From: Tubulanus polymorphus
Taxonomy: Eukaryota; Animalia; Nemertea
Reading direction: 5' to 3'
Assembly: GCF_964204645.1 (NCBI RefSeq)
Contig: NC_134028.1
Span: 6,882,001 to 6,946,000 of the forward strand
DNA length: 64,000 bases
Part shown: positions 25,087 to 38,331 of the stretch, in pieces
Position numbering within the stretch: position 1 is the first letter of the stretch
Layout of the letters: every line of letters starts with the position of its first letter
Position numbers and translations under genes: made by a program
The notes under the pieces: model-generated
Database searches by the model: none
What the model was told of the DNA's origin: nothing
What the model saw: only the letters and a program-made list of their open reading frames with translations

Positions 25087-26015
25087 AGGCCATGTTTTGA
25101 ACCGGGCCAGGCCAGGCCATGTTTTAACTCTCCCATAACGAGAAAATTAACGCAATGGAATGTTTTTTATTCGTTTTACATCATGACAAAACGAAAGAAC
25201 AAATTCCGTTTTCTCCATTTTCCGTTTTAACGCGGGAATAACACGAAAAATGTCGTTTTATTGCGCGATAAAACAAGTGTTTTTCATTTTATCGCGCAAT
25301 AAAACGACTTTGCATCTGTTATCTTCAAGCCTATTTTGTCAGTTGAAATACCGGCCCCGTGATAAACCCCGAAGACATATCACCACTGCTGCACCAATGA
25401 CTTAACATTTTACAGAAAAAGTTGTTAAGGCAATATATTCTTCTCACTCTTTCGCTATAGTTTTGCTATACATACTTTTACTGTGGTTTTGCTACCTGTG
25501 CCCTCCACCGGGCACGGGACATCTTCAGTTGGTGAAGGGCCTATACTTGAACACCCTTGAAAGAGTATCACATCGGTACGTCATATCTAAGTTCCCAAGA
25601 TCTCCCTTGCTGTACGGGAGATCACGTATAATAGTTTTACAGTATAAAGAAATGAACTGAAATGTTTTTCCAATAATTCACTTCGATTTAACAAAAGAGA
25701 CCATAAAATGTAAATTCAACCGACCATCCAAATCAAGTTAAGTCAAATCTTCCAATCACATGCGAAATAATCAACTCAAACTTAACCACGAGAAAAACCC
25801 GTCCAGGGACGGGTTCTTTGCTAGTTTACAGAAACAAGTCAATAATATATTCTCCGATAGTTGATCTGCCAAACTTTTTCGGTTTATTTCGAATTCCAAT
25901 CACTCCATCAGAATAAATTCGTTCTCATCAAATATGAAAAGGCATTAAAAACATTTTAATCTTATTTTGATACTGAGACATCAAAATGCTTTTCTGTGAC
26001 ATCAGTTTTTCTTTT

Positions 26016-27041
26016 TTATTTTAGATTGACTTCACGACGTTGGGGCCATTTTTCCGCTACACAACACGCCATTTCGGAAAGTTTTTCTCTGAAATTCTTA
26101 ATAAATATGACATATATAAAAAAGTTAATACATGAATTTAGCAAAGTAGTCATAGCCCCTGCAATAAATACTTCTGTCCAATATACTCCTTTTATGAAGA
26201 ATCTGGCTGTTACCATGAATATTTGAGGAAATTCTAAGATTAAAAATGCTGTACAAACATAAATGACGATCAAGGTCGCTTTCGTTTGGGAGTTAGATTT
26301 CGTGTTGCCACCAGGCGGCGCTGTCGACGACGGGTTCAGCAATGAGCGCCGGCGTCCCCTATTAACAGCAAGCCAAATTAACAGGATTGTATTTGATATT
26401 GCAGTCAGGACTACAGGTACTAGGGTGAAAGCATAACGTCTTGGGAGTCCCGGAATTCTACTTTTCGATGTGCTTTTGTCCAGACTGATGCACCCCGTGG
26501 TAATGTATATCGGTATGCTGTACCACCATTCAAAAATAACGTACAGCATAAATACAAAACTCATCGATGCACAAAATACAGTTAAACGGCGTGGTGTGAT
26601 TACAATTGGAGCTTTTAACGGGAAAACTATGATAAAAAGGCGCTCGAATTGAATCAAAACAGTTACCCAATTACGAGTGGCTTGAAGCGTGACGTTTGGT
26701 ATCGTTAGAGCGCGCTGTATGCGTGGAAAAATCCTACCATTCTTTTGACCAAACACGTAACGTCCATAGATGATGTGAAATACAATGAATCTCAGTGGTT
26801 CTCTGAACAGCTTGTTTACCAAGAATCCTATCTCGACGATAGCCAGGATCCATAGCGCGAAAACGGAGCGGTGCGCCCTACGCAGACGGCCTAATATAAC
26901 TGAAGATATCGCGTTCAGAATTATACCGATAACGCAAAGCGGACCCATACCGTATACATTGACATAGTAACGAACGTAATGTATCGGTATCAACTTCGGT
27001 TCTGGACACGACCTAACTGTCAGTGAAGTATTGCTCGCCAT
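26016..27041 (-). CDS. Intronless rhodopsin-class GPCR, copy 3, 341 aa
   Basis: Near-identical to copies 1 and 2. Confidence 0.9.
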   Translation of the reverse strand: MASNTSLTVRSCPEPKLIPIHYVRYYVNVYGMGPLCVIGIILNAISSVILGRLRRAHRSVFALWILAIVEIGFLVNKLFREPLRFIVFHIIYGRYVFGQKNGRIFPRIQRALTIPNVTLQATRNWVTVLIQFERLFIIVFPLKAPIVITPRRLTVFCASMSFVFMLYVIFEWWYSIPIYITTGCISLDKSTSKSRIPGLPRRYAFTLVPVVLTAISNTILLIWLAVNRGRRRSLLNPSSTAPPGGNTKSNSQTKATLIVIYVCTAFLILEFPQIFMVTARFFIKGVYWTEVFIAGAMTTLLNSCINFFIYVIFIKNFREKLSEMACCVAEKWPQRREVNLK

Positions 27042-29016
27042 CTTGTATCGGTCGAGTCAAATGTTGCTGCATCCTTTCAAACCGGCGTCTATTGAACGTT
27101 TTAACATGAAATTAATCCAACACACAACGACCAGTCTCTATGATTCGCTAGATCGGATCAAATTCGTTTCAATGGTAAATTGAATTAAGCAAATGCGGCT
27201 ATAGTATATTTTCACAATTGACGCCTAATATACGTAGTTGCTACGTAGCTGAATGAAGATAATCTTGTAAATTGCTGTTTCTACTCAAAAGATAGAATTC
27301 TGTGAGTTTTGGGTCGATGTGAATTTCAAAATTTTAAACTTACATATAGAATGAAGCAAATCTTGTACATTTCTGCTGGCGCCCCGAGAGAGGGAGAAAG
27401 ACGAAAGAAAAACACCCCTAAACAGCCCATCCATAGGGCGGGGGCCAGGATTTTTGGAAGGTTGGGACCATACGAGTAATCGCGGGGCACACACGTTATC
27501 ACGAAGGGCACCCCAACGAGGCGAGCGCCGAAGGTACGCAGCCATCAAAGGGGGGTCTGGGAAATTTCAAAACTTTTGTGTTCTCCATTTGATGATGGCT
27601 GTCATGAGGGAATAATTCACATTTCTGTATAAAACGAGGCGAGCGCCGAAGGTGAACGCAATAGCCTGCTGGGACATAAGCCATAAGTGGGCTAGAATGC
27701 ACCGTTAGAAAAAAATCAAAATGAACCTAGATTAAAAATGAGTGAAACTAGATTATCTGGAGCATCCCTTCAAAAGTGTATCTTCAGAATTAAAAGCGAA
27801 AGCCGTGAATCTAGATTACCAGGAGCACTCCCGAAATCTATCTTACAAGAAAATGAAAGTAATACTATATATCGGCCCATTCAGAAATCGTTACTGAATG
27901 TTCAATTCGTTTTTCAGAATCACAACCTCTCACATAGGTTATAAATCTGAAATCCGTGTTGAAGTACACTTTACTTCACCTCCGTAAACGAAATCGAAGC
28001 TCAGTAGCACAACGGCTCTAAGACTACCCGACACTGAGAATAACCAGCACCGGGTCGCGCGATGAAAATAGCTGGTATAAGATACAAAGCAAGTGAAATC
28101 TTTTACGCGCACACCGACACATGTTTATCATAAATCACTTATTTAGTCAGATTAAATCCTCGGTAGAGAGTTCAGATAATCAAGAATCCAGAAACAGAAG
28201 AAGAAACAGTTTCTTTTTTATCCATATGTAAATATCATGTTGAAATCAATACATTGAACCCCTTCAAGACAAGTAAAAAATTATGCAAAACTAAATACAT
28301 TGTATCAGGATATACAGTGTAACCTCGTTATAACGAACTCGGATACAACGATTAGTCAGATATAGGAAATATAGAATTTTGTCCCAAGTAAGAAAATCTA
28401 TTGTTTAATTTCATATTGGGTGTAACGAACTATCGGTTTATAACGAGCATATTTTCTGGTCCAGTGAAGTTCGCTGTAACGAGGTTCAACTGTATAGGTT
28501 TACAGAAACGGAACGGGTCAATAGATAAATATGGCCGCCGTGAACCAGGGGCAGTCATTTTAAACTGTATTGCGGATTTTAGAAGGGCACTTCATATCAT
28601 GTGCAGGGCAACGACCACTGGCCAACAGGTGCCCGTATTATAATTGTTAACTTACAGTATAAAACAGGTTGACTCAAAATGGCACTTTCGGGGGAGGGGA
28701 ATTGGCACTTTGTTCGCTGTATTCTGGAATACATGCTACCTTTCGTGTTAGACTCCACGATGCAACACAGCCTCGATTAGCCCGCGCTTGTATGAAATAC
28801 AGAATAAAGTATTGATGGTGTCCATTGTAACGGTTTTTACGGCGTCAAAAAACCAGTGACGGCGCCGATTGATGAATTGGCGAAATTATTCGGTTTATTT
28901 CGATTTCAATCACTCCATCAGAATAAATTCGTTCTCATCAAATATGATAAGATATTAGAAAATTTAAATCCAATTTTGATAGCAAAATGCTTTTCTGTGA
29001 CTGTAGTTTTTCTTTT

Positions 29017-29055
29017 TTATCTTAGATTGACTTCACGACGTTGGGGCCATTTTTC
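29017..29055 (-). pseudogene. 3' remnant of a fourth GPCR copy
   Basis: Encodes EKWPQRREVNLR* plus the matching downstream flank; homology stops abruptly at 29055. Confidence 0.75.
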
Positions 29056-29179
29056 ATGAGAAATTAGACATAAAAATATACATATACATATTTGTTAACT
29101 TGATGATAATAAAATAACATAATAATATGATAGATAATATAAGTTTCCATCAGCAGATTCATAACAAGTCCGGGCATCA

Positions 29180-32100
29180 TTAAAATCTCAATAATTCCGG
29201 TGAATGGGTGACTTTCACGAAACACAGCGCGTTCTCAATGCTACTCGAAGTGGTCGGTGTTTTCCTGCCGGTTAATAATACCACGACAACCGAGTTGTTA
29301 GGGAACAAATCGTGAAGCTGTTTAATACGAGAGTCTAACTGCTTCAAACAATCCTACGAAGAAAAACACTATTGATTGAAAAACGGGTCCAGGGACATCA
29401 TGCTCAACAATCTGACAATTTCAATATTCAACGTTCCCTGAACAAATTCATGAACAAATTCATTAATCAATGAACTTACGACTCCATAAAACTTGTCATG
29501 AGCTAGGATTTTCCAATTGATTGTGGTTACAAATTATGCATATAGGCAACAATATATATGGTTATACCACTTAATTGTGTAACGTAATGCCCCCTGCCCA
29601 TACTGAACCAATGACCCGGAAACAATAATCATAAAGTATACGATTTGGAACAATTTTGCAACTTAGTAGGTATGAACATAATATGGAAACACAATGTTAT
29701 TCTGCTAAATTCAATGCCCCCTGGTGAACACTACAAAAACCAATGACCTTGAAAATTATTCACACGTACCAGTCTTTCTCCGAGGTCTCTACCCATCTCT
29801 ATCTCGGTAAGTTTTCTGTAACCTTCCAAACGAATAAACGAGAAATCAAACTTTGTAATAGTCGAAGCGGCTTTCTTAACGATTTCGTCATAATTGTCGC
29901 AATATTCATAATGAACGTTGTCGCTTTCGTGAGTAGCATTAGACTTTTTATCAATTATAACACCTTAAAAGTATAAAACAGAAAAATTTTATCAGTAACA
30001 TCATAAATTATAAATTACACAAATAATGTAAAAATGGGTGAAATGATCTTCAACCTTGTAATGTATTAATAAGAAATCTCGGCAGCCAACTAAATTAACC
30101 CCAATCAGTCGTTTGCCGGCTAAGACTGGTTGGAAGATTGTTTGAATGAACCGGAACCGAACTTCCCAATTATGTACTTTGATTTTAACAGAAAATTTTG
30201 TTAACTCGGACGCCGACCACAGAGCTATGTACTTCGATTTCCGATTTCAAAGTCAAAACCCCCTGTTTCGCCCCAGGCACGTGTGATGGGTTTGTAAGTG
30301 ACACCAAATCAAAAAATCGAACGAAATCTACCTATCAAATAAATAACAATCCCTATTTCAAGATAAAAAATGCAAATTTGACATCCCCTCAAACCCCGCT
30401 AGTAGCCTATGGCTGCTTTATCAGAAGAATGTCCTTTCTTTTCTTCTAGACTTCGGTCTTCCAATTTTCCTAGAGCCGCCCCTTTTTTTCTGTTTATCAT
30501 CATTTCTCAAATTGAGATAAAAGATATAATTGTTTAATACATTATCAAATGATGAAATAGATGACGCGTGCTTCAAACCAATGCAACCAATATCTTTATA
30601 ATTTTGTGTACGTGAAGTTTGCTGCCTGTATTTTAATATACCATACCAGTTTTGCCGCAGGTCTTAATCGTCGCGAAAAAGTCATCGTACAATTTCTGAC
30701 CACACGAATGAAAGACTTTCATTTTAGCTTCATCTCTCCAAGTTTCAGTTTGTGTTTGGAATGACACGGGCCGAATGGCTGAGAAGTCCTCTGCGGTAGC
30801 GGAGTGAGATGCTTTTGAATGAGATAAGTTTTGAGATTCAAGTATCACATCACCGAATTCAAACCCTAAAATAAAAATCGATACTTTATTGGTCTATTAA
30901 GACTTTGGTGAAAACCAAATTGAACTAGGAATATTATGGAACTTCTTCACCTTTACTTAATTTAAGTAGAACTAAATTCAATGCAGACGAAGCATCTTCG
31001 ATTGGATTGTGTCCACTAGATTGAGCTTGAATTTCAGTACTGTTGAAAGAAAAACCCGAACTGAATCACAATGATTCAAAACAGAGCAAAAAGGAGTTCA
31101 CTGATCCATTTGAAGTTAGTTTTCCAGATCTATCTCAACCCGGACACTTTCACTAACCCTCCTAAACTCAAACACTTTCAACGACTGCTATGAATCCTCG
31201 ACAGAAACCAGAAATGATGATTTTCTAAACTTACCCAAAGAAAATCCGAGTGAGTCGAGCAAGGCCAGTTTTTCTAGTTCGTTGACCGGTTCGGTTATAA
31301 ATAGTGCTTGTATCAATGATATACGGATGATACATCTACAAAATACAATAATATCGACATCTTGTCACATATTGGCAAATTGTTCATCCATTTTCACTTT
31401 CTCCTGGAATTAATTTTTTGTTATAGCCTTTAGTATTCTGGATAAAATAGGTTCGACGGTATATGCTAGTTTTCTGCACTTTTCAATGAAGATGTTACCT
31501 TCAAAGCTTCCAGATCTTTGCAAATCGATTGTCCTACCAGTATCGCGTCCGGTGGTAACAATTTCTGTATGGTTCGTTGTACGTCTCCTAAACGAGTTGT
31601 TACATACTTGAGCATTTGCTTCCTAATGCCGCTATATCTGTAAATACATAGATAATTCAAATAACAGCTAAGAGCTCTGCATACGTGACAAGGAGAAGGT
31701 AAAGTATTTTCCGAGACTTTTCCAGGTAATATCAGGAATGCTTCGCCACTACTTTGCTATATCGATGACACCGCTGCCAAAAGATAATCACGTTAGGGAG
31801 CATCTCAAAAAATGTCAGTCATATTGTCTAAAATTGTAGAACTTCAGTTTACTTCAATTACTCAAATACTCACTTCGTACGATAATCAGTAATCACAGCG
31901 TATGGTTTGACTAAAGTATCAAAGATGCAAACTCCATCCTCTGAGACGAGAGATACTCGTGCTAGCTCATTCGTTGTCTCTTGAGTAAACACCTAAAAAA
32001 CAATATAAAACATATCCGAATATAAGAGGGTACACATCTACTTTATTCAAGTTTGCTTCAACAATATCGAAAGAAGGCATGGTTTCGTACCATTTCACAA

Positions 32101-34387
32101 TCCAAAGCGAACATGGGACTGCGATCGGTAACTGGTAGATAATTCCCGGTCGTCGTGTAGACATAGTTGGCGTCTTTGTGACCTGTGCGAAAATGAAGCG
32201 ATAGTAGTAATGTTAGTTATTATATTCTTTATTTACATTGAAATTATGATATGATATAATAAGCATTTTTGTAGATATATAACTAAATGCATATGAAATA
32301 TGTTGCAGGAGTTATAATGCCAATGAAGGTGCCCAAAAAGGAAAATGCTTGTATCAATGGGTCACCTTATCCATTATGTAATAAATGCCGAAAACTTTAT
32401 ACTAATTGATATAGCCAGAAATTGTGTTATTTTCAAATTTATATTTATGTTCACTAAGAGATTTAGAAGTTTGTACGTATTAGGTAGCGTAAGCAAAAAA
32501 CCAGGTATAAAACAAGTAAATGATTTATATTATTTTCGGTGATTCAGTGAAATTCGTGGAAAATGTTGTCGAGATATTATGATAGTGATGTGATGGATTT
32601 CTTATAAACAGGTGACTATCAAAAATTGATATTTCAAAATCTACACCGCACATTTCTCTATTTCCTAAATAACTTTTGAAAGACAGTGCGGGACCTCCAA
32701 TGTCATATACGTACAACTTATCTAATAAGACAAAGCTTTACTAAGGTCAATAAATGTAGCTCGTTTTAAGTCATCAACATTATGATAGTTGTTACTACGA
32801 TGACTGTAAAAGAGTTTGATTATGATAATGCTCCAAGTCGTGCTAAATGGGTTGAGGAATTAAAAAGAAAGGTTCAACAGCATGCCTTACGGTGGGAACT
32901 AATGGGTGAATTTTACAGAGAAGATTTTTAGGACAAAATACCGATGTTAATGAATTCGGATTATTCACCTGTACCAGGTAGAATGTAGCCTTCACGCAGC
33001 ATCTCATGAACGTTTAACAGTAACCAAGTGCGCGGAAACACGTCTTCGATTTCAGATATTCCAATTTTCTTTTTATGTCTAATATTTCGAGCGCGGAACC
33101 CGTCTTCGTTTTGTACCGGTCCGTTGTTCTCTCTGGGGCCTTCAACTTTCGTTGGTACTGTGATAGAAATGTTTCTAAATTTGATGCAATACCCATAATT
33201 TTTACAAAGCACTAAAATCTGAGAACTTGTCTTTTAATTGAGGCCCAGTTTTAAAGGATTAACTGCTAAAACAACTTAAAATAAGCATGATTAATGATGA
33301 AGATTAATCAAGGGTGAAACAGTGATGAATATGTACATCGACACAAAATTGGTAAAAATTAGGCACCAAAATATGCTTAAAGTACTCAGCCCTTGCTCTC
33401 CGTCATCTATGAGATTGATTTAACTTACTTCCAAATTTTTTGACATGCGAATTGATTCGATCCTTGGTCATAGGTATCTTGAATACCTCATCAGCTACAT
33501 CCATTCCATAACAATCAGGAGTTAAAACTTTCACTGACTGAAATCAAAGGAAATATTTCAAAAGGGTTCTTTCGATAATGGCAAATCACCGAGATAAAGT
33601 CATTGAGACGAAAAGGTTTTCGTGAAATTACCAGCTTATCAGTCATAATTTCGCTTTGTGAAATCTTACATCGTTGACAGCATTGATATTATTACATAAA
33701 TACTTTTAGTTCAAAGCAAATAAACAGAAATTTAAAAAGAAAAAAGTTCAAATTACCAAATCGAAGAGATTCTGTAAATTGGGGAAGGCAACTTTGTGAT
33801 CTTTGAAATCATTTACACTAACACCATCAACAACTAAAAATCCCACATGACTAATAGATGTTGGATTAATCAATCTACACCAAGATCTGAAACAAGATCA
33901 AAATCCGATATTCACTTTTCCAGTTTTTTTTAGACTGAACCATTTCTAGTTGCAAAATACGACAACTAAACATTTTATGGAAAAAAATTCAAATTTCCCA
34001 CTTTTGATATATATGGCTTTTATTTCAGGGGACCTTGTCTAACCTGATGCTGCCCATTGCCCCTTTGGTAACAGTAAATACCAAAAACTTCTGAATTTCT
34101 GCCATATGTAGAATGACAGACGTATCAGAATTGCGTATTTCGTATGATTCGAAAAACAATTTGGGATAAACCTGAAATAAAAAAAAGAAAACCAAATTCC
34201 AATAGAATGTAAAACTCTATCAAATGCCGAACTTTTTATCAATTATTATCAAATTGAATAGTTTTCTTAGTAAACATGCTTCGATTTTTCTTTTCTTGAT
34301 TTGAGTATTGAGTGTTGAGTATTTGAGTTTCTGGAACATCGTTTCAGTTTTCCGTGAAGTCGTCGAATCCTCTTCGTCCTCAGCCAT
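29180..34387 (-). CDS. REXO5: REXO5/REXO1-like DEDDh RNA exonuclease (multi-exon)
   Basis: Exons encode MAEDEED..., SWCRLINP, FPRTWLLL, SPMFALDCEM, ELARVSLV...FDTLVKP...DYRTKYSGI, ILVGQSICKDLEALKMYHPYIIDTS, GHNPIEDA, LKQLDSRIKQL...CFVKV; all DEDDh residues present. The symbol is a best guess within the REX1 family. Confidence 0.8.
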
Positions 34388-34754
34388 GATTCTGAAAATA
34401 AAAGTACGGGGTAGTGAATTGAATTTGCATACTTTGCCAAATTGTATGCCCCTTTTATTTGCTGACAAGGCAAAGGCGGCTGTCTGGACGAATTTCGGAT
34501 ATCATCGTTAGTTGACTAGGGGTCAGGGATGATGATCAAACATGACCCTATACTGCAGGGGTGAATCTTATAAAATTGGGGCCGGTCTCCAGAAGAAATT
34601 TCCAAAGGCATTTCTCTGTTAAAGCAGCGAATGATAACTCAAACGCACTATAGAGTTCGGTTTTAACACAGTGTCGGCCACATTTGAACTGGATCCGAAC
34701 ATCTAAATCCCCCAGGTGGAGAGAAATAAAACCTCCAAAATCTATCGTAAGTAA

Positions 34755-35010
34755 AAACGAAAGTGAAACAGATTATCCGGGGCACCCCTCCAAAATCTAT
34801 CTATGGTTAGTAAAAACGAAAGTGAAACAGACTATCCGGAGCACCCCTCCAAGATCTATCTATGGTTAGTAAAGATGAAAGTGAAACTAGATTATCCACA
34901 GACCCCCCATAAGCTATCATTAGTATAGATGAGAGTGAAACTAGATTATCCGGAGCATCCCTTCAAAATCTTAGTAAAGTGAATCTAGCATCCGGAACAC
35001 CCTTCCAAAA
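34755..35010. repeat. ~60-bp tandem repeat in intron 1 of the exonuclease gene
   Basis: gaaagtgaaactagattatccggagcacccctccaaaatctat units, 4-5 copies; the same motif occurs at ~2950-3050, 21105-21200, 24110-24210, 27740-27840. Confidence 0.75.
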
Positions 35011-35312
35011 ACGTATCGTTAAAGAAAATGAAACTATATTCAGAAATTCTTGTGAATTTTCAATTTTTTTCTTTAGAATCAATATTCTCACTCAGAGAAC
35101 TTTTTACGGCTCTAGAATTTGATGTTGTGAAGGTACAGTAAACTCCGCTCAAGTCAGATCCTCGGCTGCAACTCGGATGTTTGTTGGCATATTTTTCTGA
35201 CACTATACATCGATGAAATACATCGTGTCCAACTAGGATATCACTCAAATCGGCTCTAAGATGAGAACTGACTCGTGAGCGGAGTATACTGCTCCGGTAC
35301 GTTTAAACTCAC

Positions 35313-35352
35313 CTCCGTAAACCAAATCGAATCGCAGTAGCACTTAACGGCT
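35313..35352 (-). promoter_or_regulatory. Putative non-coding first exon of the exonuclease gene (likely source of the shared cassette)
   Basis: GCCGTTAAGTGCTACTGCGATTCGATTTGGTTTACGGAG|GTGAGT; the ATG exon starts at acceptor TTTTCAG|AATCATG (34391), so an upstream exon is required. Confidence 0.6.
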
Positions 35353-36507
35353 ACTAATAACACTGTCACCGGGAATACAGTAAATACCCAGTACAGTACT
35401 GGGTAGCAATGTTCTTTTAAAGGGTTCATTAAATCGAAACATAGTATGTGACAAGAAACCTGGATGTACGTATTATACTGTCACGAGAGCTCTCGTGAAT
35501 CAGGGGCCCAGTATACAATATACTGGCAGTAAGGTTCTCAGCGAACTGAGATCTTTTTTAATTGATTGGAGTAGTACGAATTTTTTCAAGAAAAAACAAT
35601 TTCTTTTTATCGTAGGCGTTTTATAATGGAAGGGAACAGGAAGAAAAAATGAACAAATTTTCATCAAACGTTTTCAGTATTAACCAGACATATCCTCGGA
35701 AGGACTGCAGAAAAACATATTAAAAAAGAGGAGTGAAAATTGTGATGAATTTCGTTCAAATGATGGAAGAAAATGGAAATCAAGAGATTGCAAATTGATT
35801 AACGTAACTTTTACACGTAACTTTAACTTTTTTTACAAGTAACTTTAACAAGTTACTCGATTCAAAATTAAGATCGACATAACAAAAATTTTTGTTAATT
35901 GTAAAATTTTGATGAAACTAGAAAATCTTACAATCTTGATGATGATTTTTGCAGAATTCTGGTTGGCGAATCCTTGCTAAAGTAATCAACAAAAAAGTCT
36001 ACCCATCAAACTCAACCGCCGCGGAGGCACCGTCATCGACAATCGCGTGGGAATAGAGGAAGGGTCCAGAAAATCTTCTCGGCATTGAAGGTATAGGGGC
36101 ACCCTAGATCCGTCGTGCCTGGAAGCGCCGCGAACGAACGCGCACCGTCAAATAAAATAATGCACAATTCAAATAACTTCATTAATACAAGTTTATTTAT
36201 GATATTCAATACTTATATCATATAACTGTTATGAAATGTACAGAGCAAGTGAAGTCTAAAAATAAAACGCACACGACACATGTGAATTATAAATTAATAA
36301 CTTATAAATTATAACAAATCATTATTTACACTGGGGTGCTGTTCCTTCCACATTCATTTCAACAGTAACAAACAGACAATCGACAGCCTATCATTCGCCA
36401 GTATCTAATTCTACAGTCCAGTAGACGGGGGTTACTGGTATTTACGGTGTTTAGTGAGTACCAACTTGGATTATGATGGATAGAACACTATATCCGTGTT
36501 GACGCAA

Positions 36508-36716
36508 TGTAGAGAGAATACCACAATTATAACGAAAAAGTCCGAGAATGAAACTTCGTTTCGACTATATCCTAATAGTCATCTTCAGGAATAATTTTTG
36601 TAGTATCTCATTATTCCTGAAGATGACTTAGGATATAGTCGAAACGTTGAAATAAACTACTATCTCGAAGTTTCATTTTCGGACTTTTTCGTTATAATTG
36701 TGGGATTCTCTCTACA
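36508..36716. repeat. ~210-bp hairpin with Penelope-type minimal hammerhead ribozyme motif
   Basis: Near-perfect inverted arms; plus strand 36611-36657 reads ttattc-CTGAAGA-t-gact(taggatat)agtc-GAAA-CGTT-gaaataa. Confidence 0.65.
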
Positions 36717-37935
36717 CCAACTTAGATTAACCCCCCACCCCCTGCTGATTAGACATTCCAGGTTTTCAAGTGCATGTCCAAACCTGGCTTAAAGGCTAAT
36801 TTCGTGTGTGTTTGATCAAAGAGTGCAGATGTCCTTGCCTTCTTCTTTTTCGTATAATGGCCGCCTTCATCGGTTTGAAGATTATGCCATTCGTGATCAA
36901 CGCATTTCTGCATTCGGGTTGCAGATTAAAATATCTGCATTTGATTGGATTTCACCGGTAGCTTCTTTTACTTGGACATTCATGTATTGCGTACGCATTA
37001 GGGTAGGGGGAGGGGTCAGTGCAAATGCGTACTGTAATGCTTAATGTATATGAAAAAATGGCCGATTTTGCGTACAGAGGGGGAGGGGGGTTGAAAAAGT
37101 CAAATTTTATGCGTACGTAATAAATGAATGATCCCTTTCACAATAGAATTGAAAACCACACAAAATTGTAGGCTACCAACATCATATCAACATGTACAAT
37201 GTTCAGATAAATATGCAAAAGTATAAAATCATCATGAATATAATCACACGGTTATTTTATGTGTAACAATAGTAACAATACTGTCGTATACCTAAAATGT
37301 GGAACATCGTCGAAACCAAGCAGATGGGTTGAAGATAGTTTATTGGAATTATACTCCATGATGCGGTGAATTGATCATATTTACCCATTAACGCAGGGTC
37401 CAGTTTTATAGACTGGTATTAGCTATAATACGGGGTTAACTCTATTGAAAATGAATTGAGTTAGCCTCCGGGTTAAAGATAATACCAGTCTATAAAACTG
37501 GACCCTGCCATTTAATTCCCGAATGGACTAAAATTACATGACATATCGGACTTTTGCTGGATACCATCGTCAAATTAAAATTTCATTTTTCGTCTTCAAT
37601 AGTTTTACATAAGTGGGTTTTCAATACATAATATATTCAGCATTCAGTGAACAAAAATTAGACCGGTATTCTAAATCACAGAAAATTGAAGATATTTTTC
37701 CCAGGCTGCAGATCAACCGGATGGTAGGATTTTAGAAGAGTAAGACACATTCATGAATGAACAGGGGCCGGATCCAGAGTTGACTGCTGTTGGCACTACT
37801 GTGGCAACCACTGTACAGCAGTACCAACAGGTAAGGGCACTTTTTCCGCAAAAAACCCACTAAAAAGAACAATATCTACTAATAACCCTTTATTCCTGGC
37901 TCAAATGGGAGGAAATGTATTTTGCGATTGATTGA

Positions 37936-38331
37936 CCCTTTCAGTGCTGACTAACTAATACCTGAAAGTGCTGCTGATAATTCAAAATTTTTCAAATATT
38001 CCAGTGTGTTGAATAACCGCAGTGCGGTGTATCGTTAGTAAATAATACTACACTATGTTTGTTGAGTAACAGGCACACCAGGTCTCTACACCGCAGTGCC
38101 GTGTATCATCAGTTAATAATACCCCACTATGTTTGTTGAGTAACAGGCACACCAGGTCTCTACACCGCCGTGCCGTGTATCATCAGTTAATAATACCCCA
38201 CTATGTTTGGTAGCTGCCATCTTTCATTCGAGATGAAAACTAATTACTAATAACATCAATACACAGCGATTTGTTTGCGAAGCCCATCACTGATCTATAC
38301 ACCGCACAGTGGTGCAGACGCACTGAAAGGG
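37936..38331. mobile_element. piggyBac-like MITE with internal 69-bp tandem repeats, nested in a CAGGGGC...GCCCCTG element (~37762-38384)
   Basis: TTGA|CCCTTTCAGTGC...GCACTGAAAGGG|TTAA. Confidence 0.7.
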
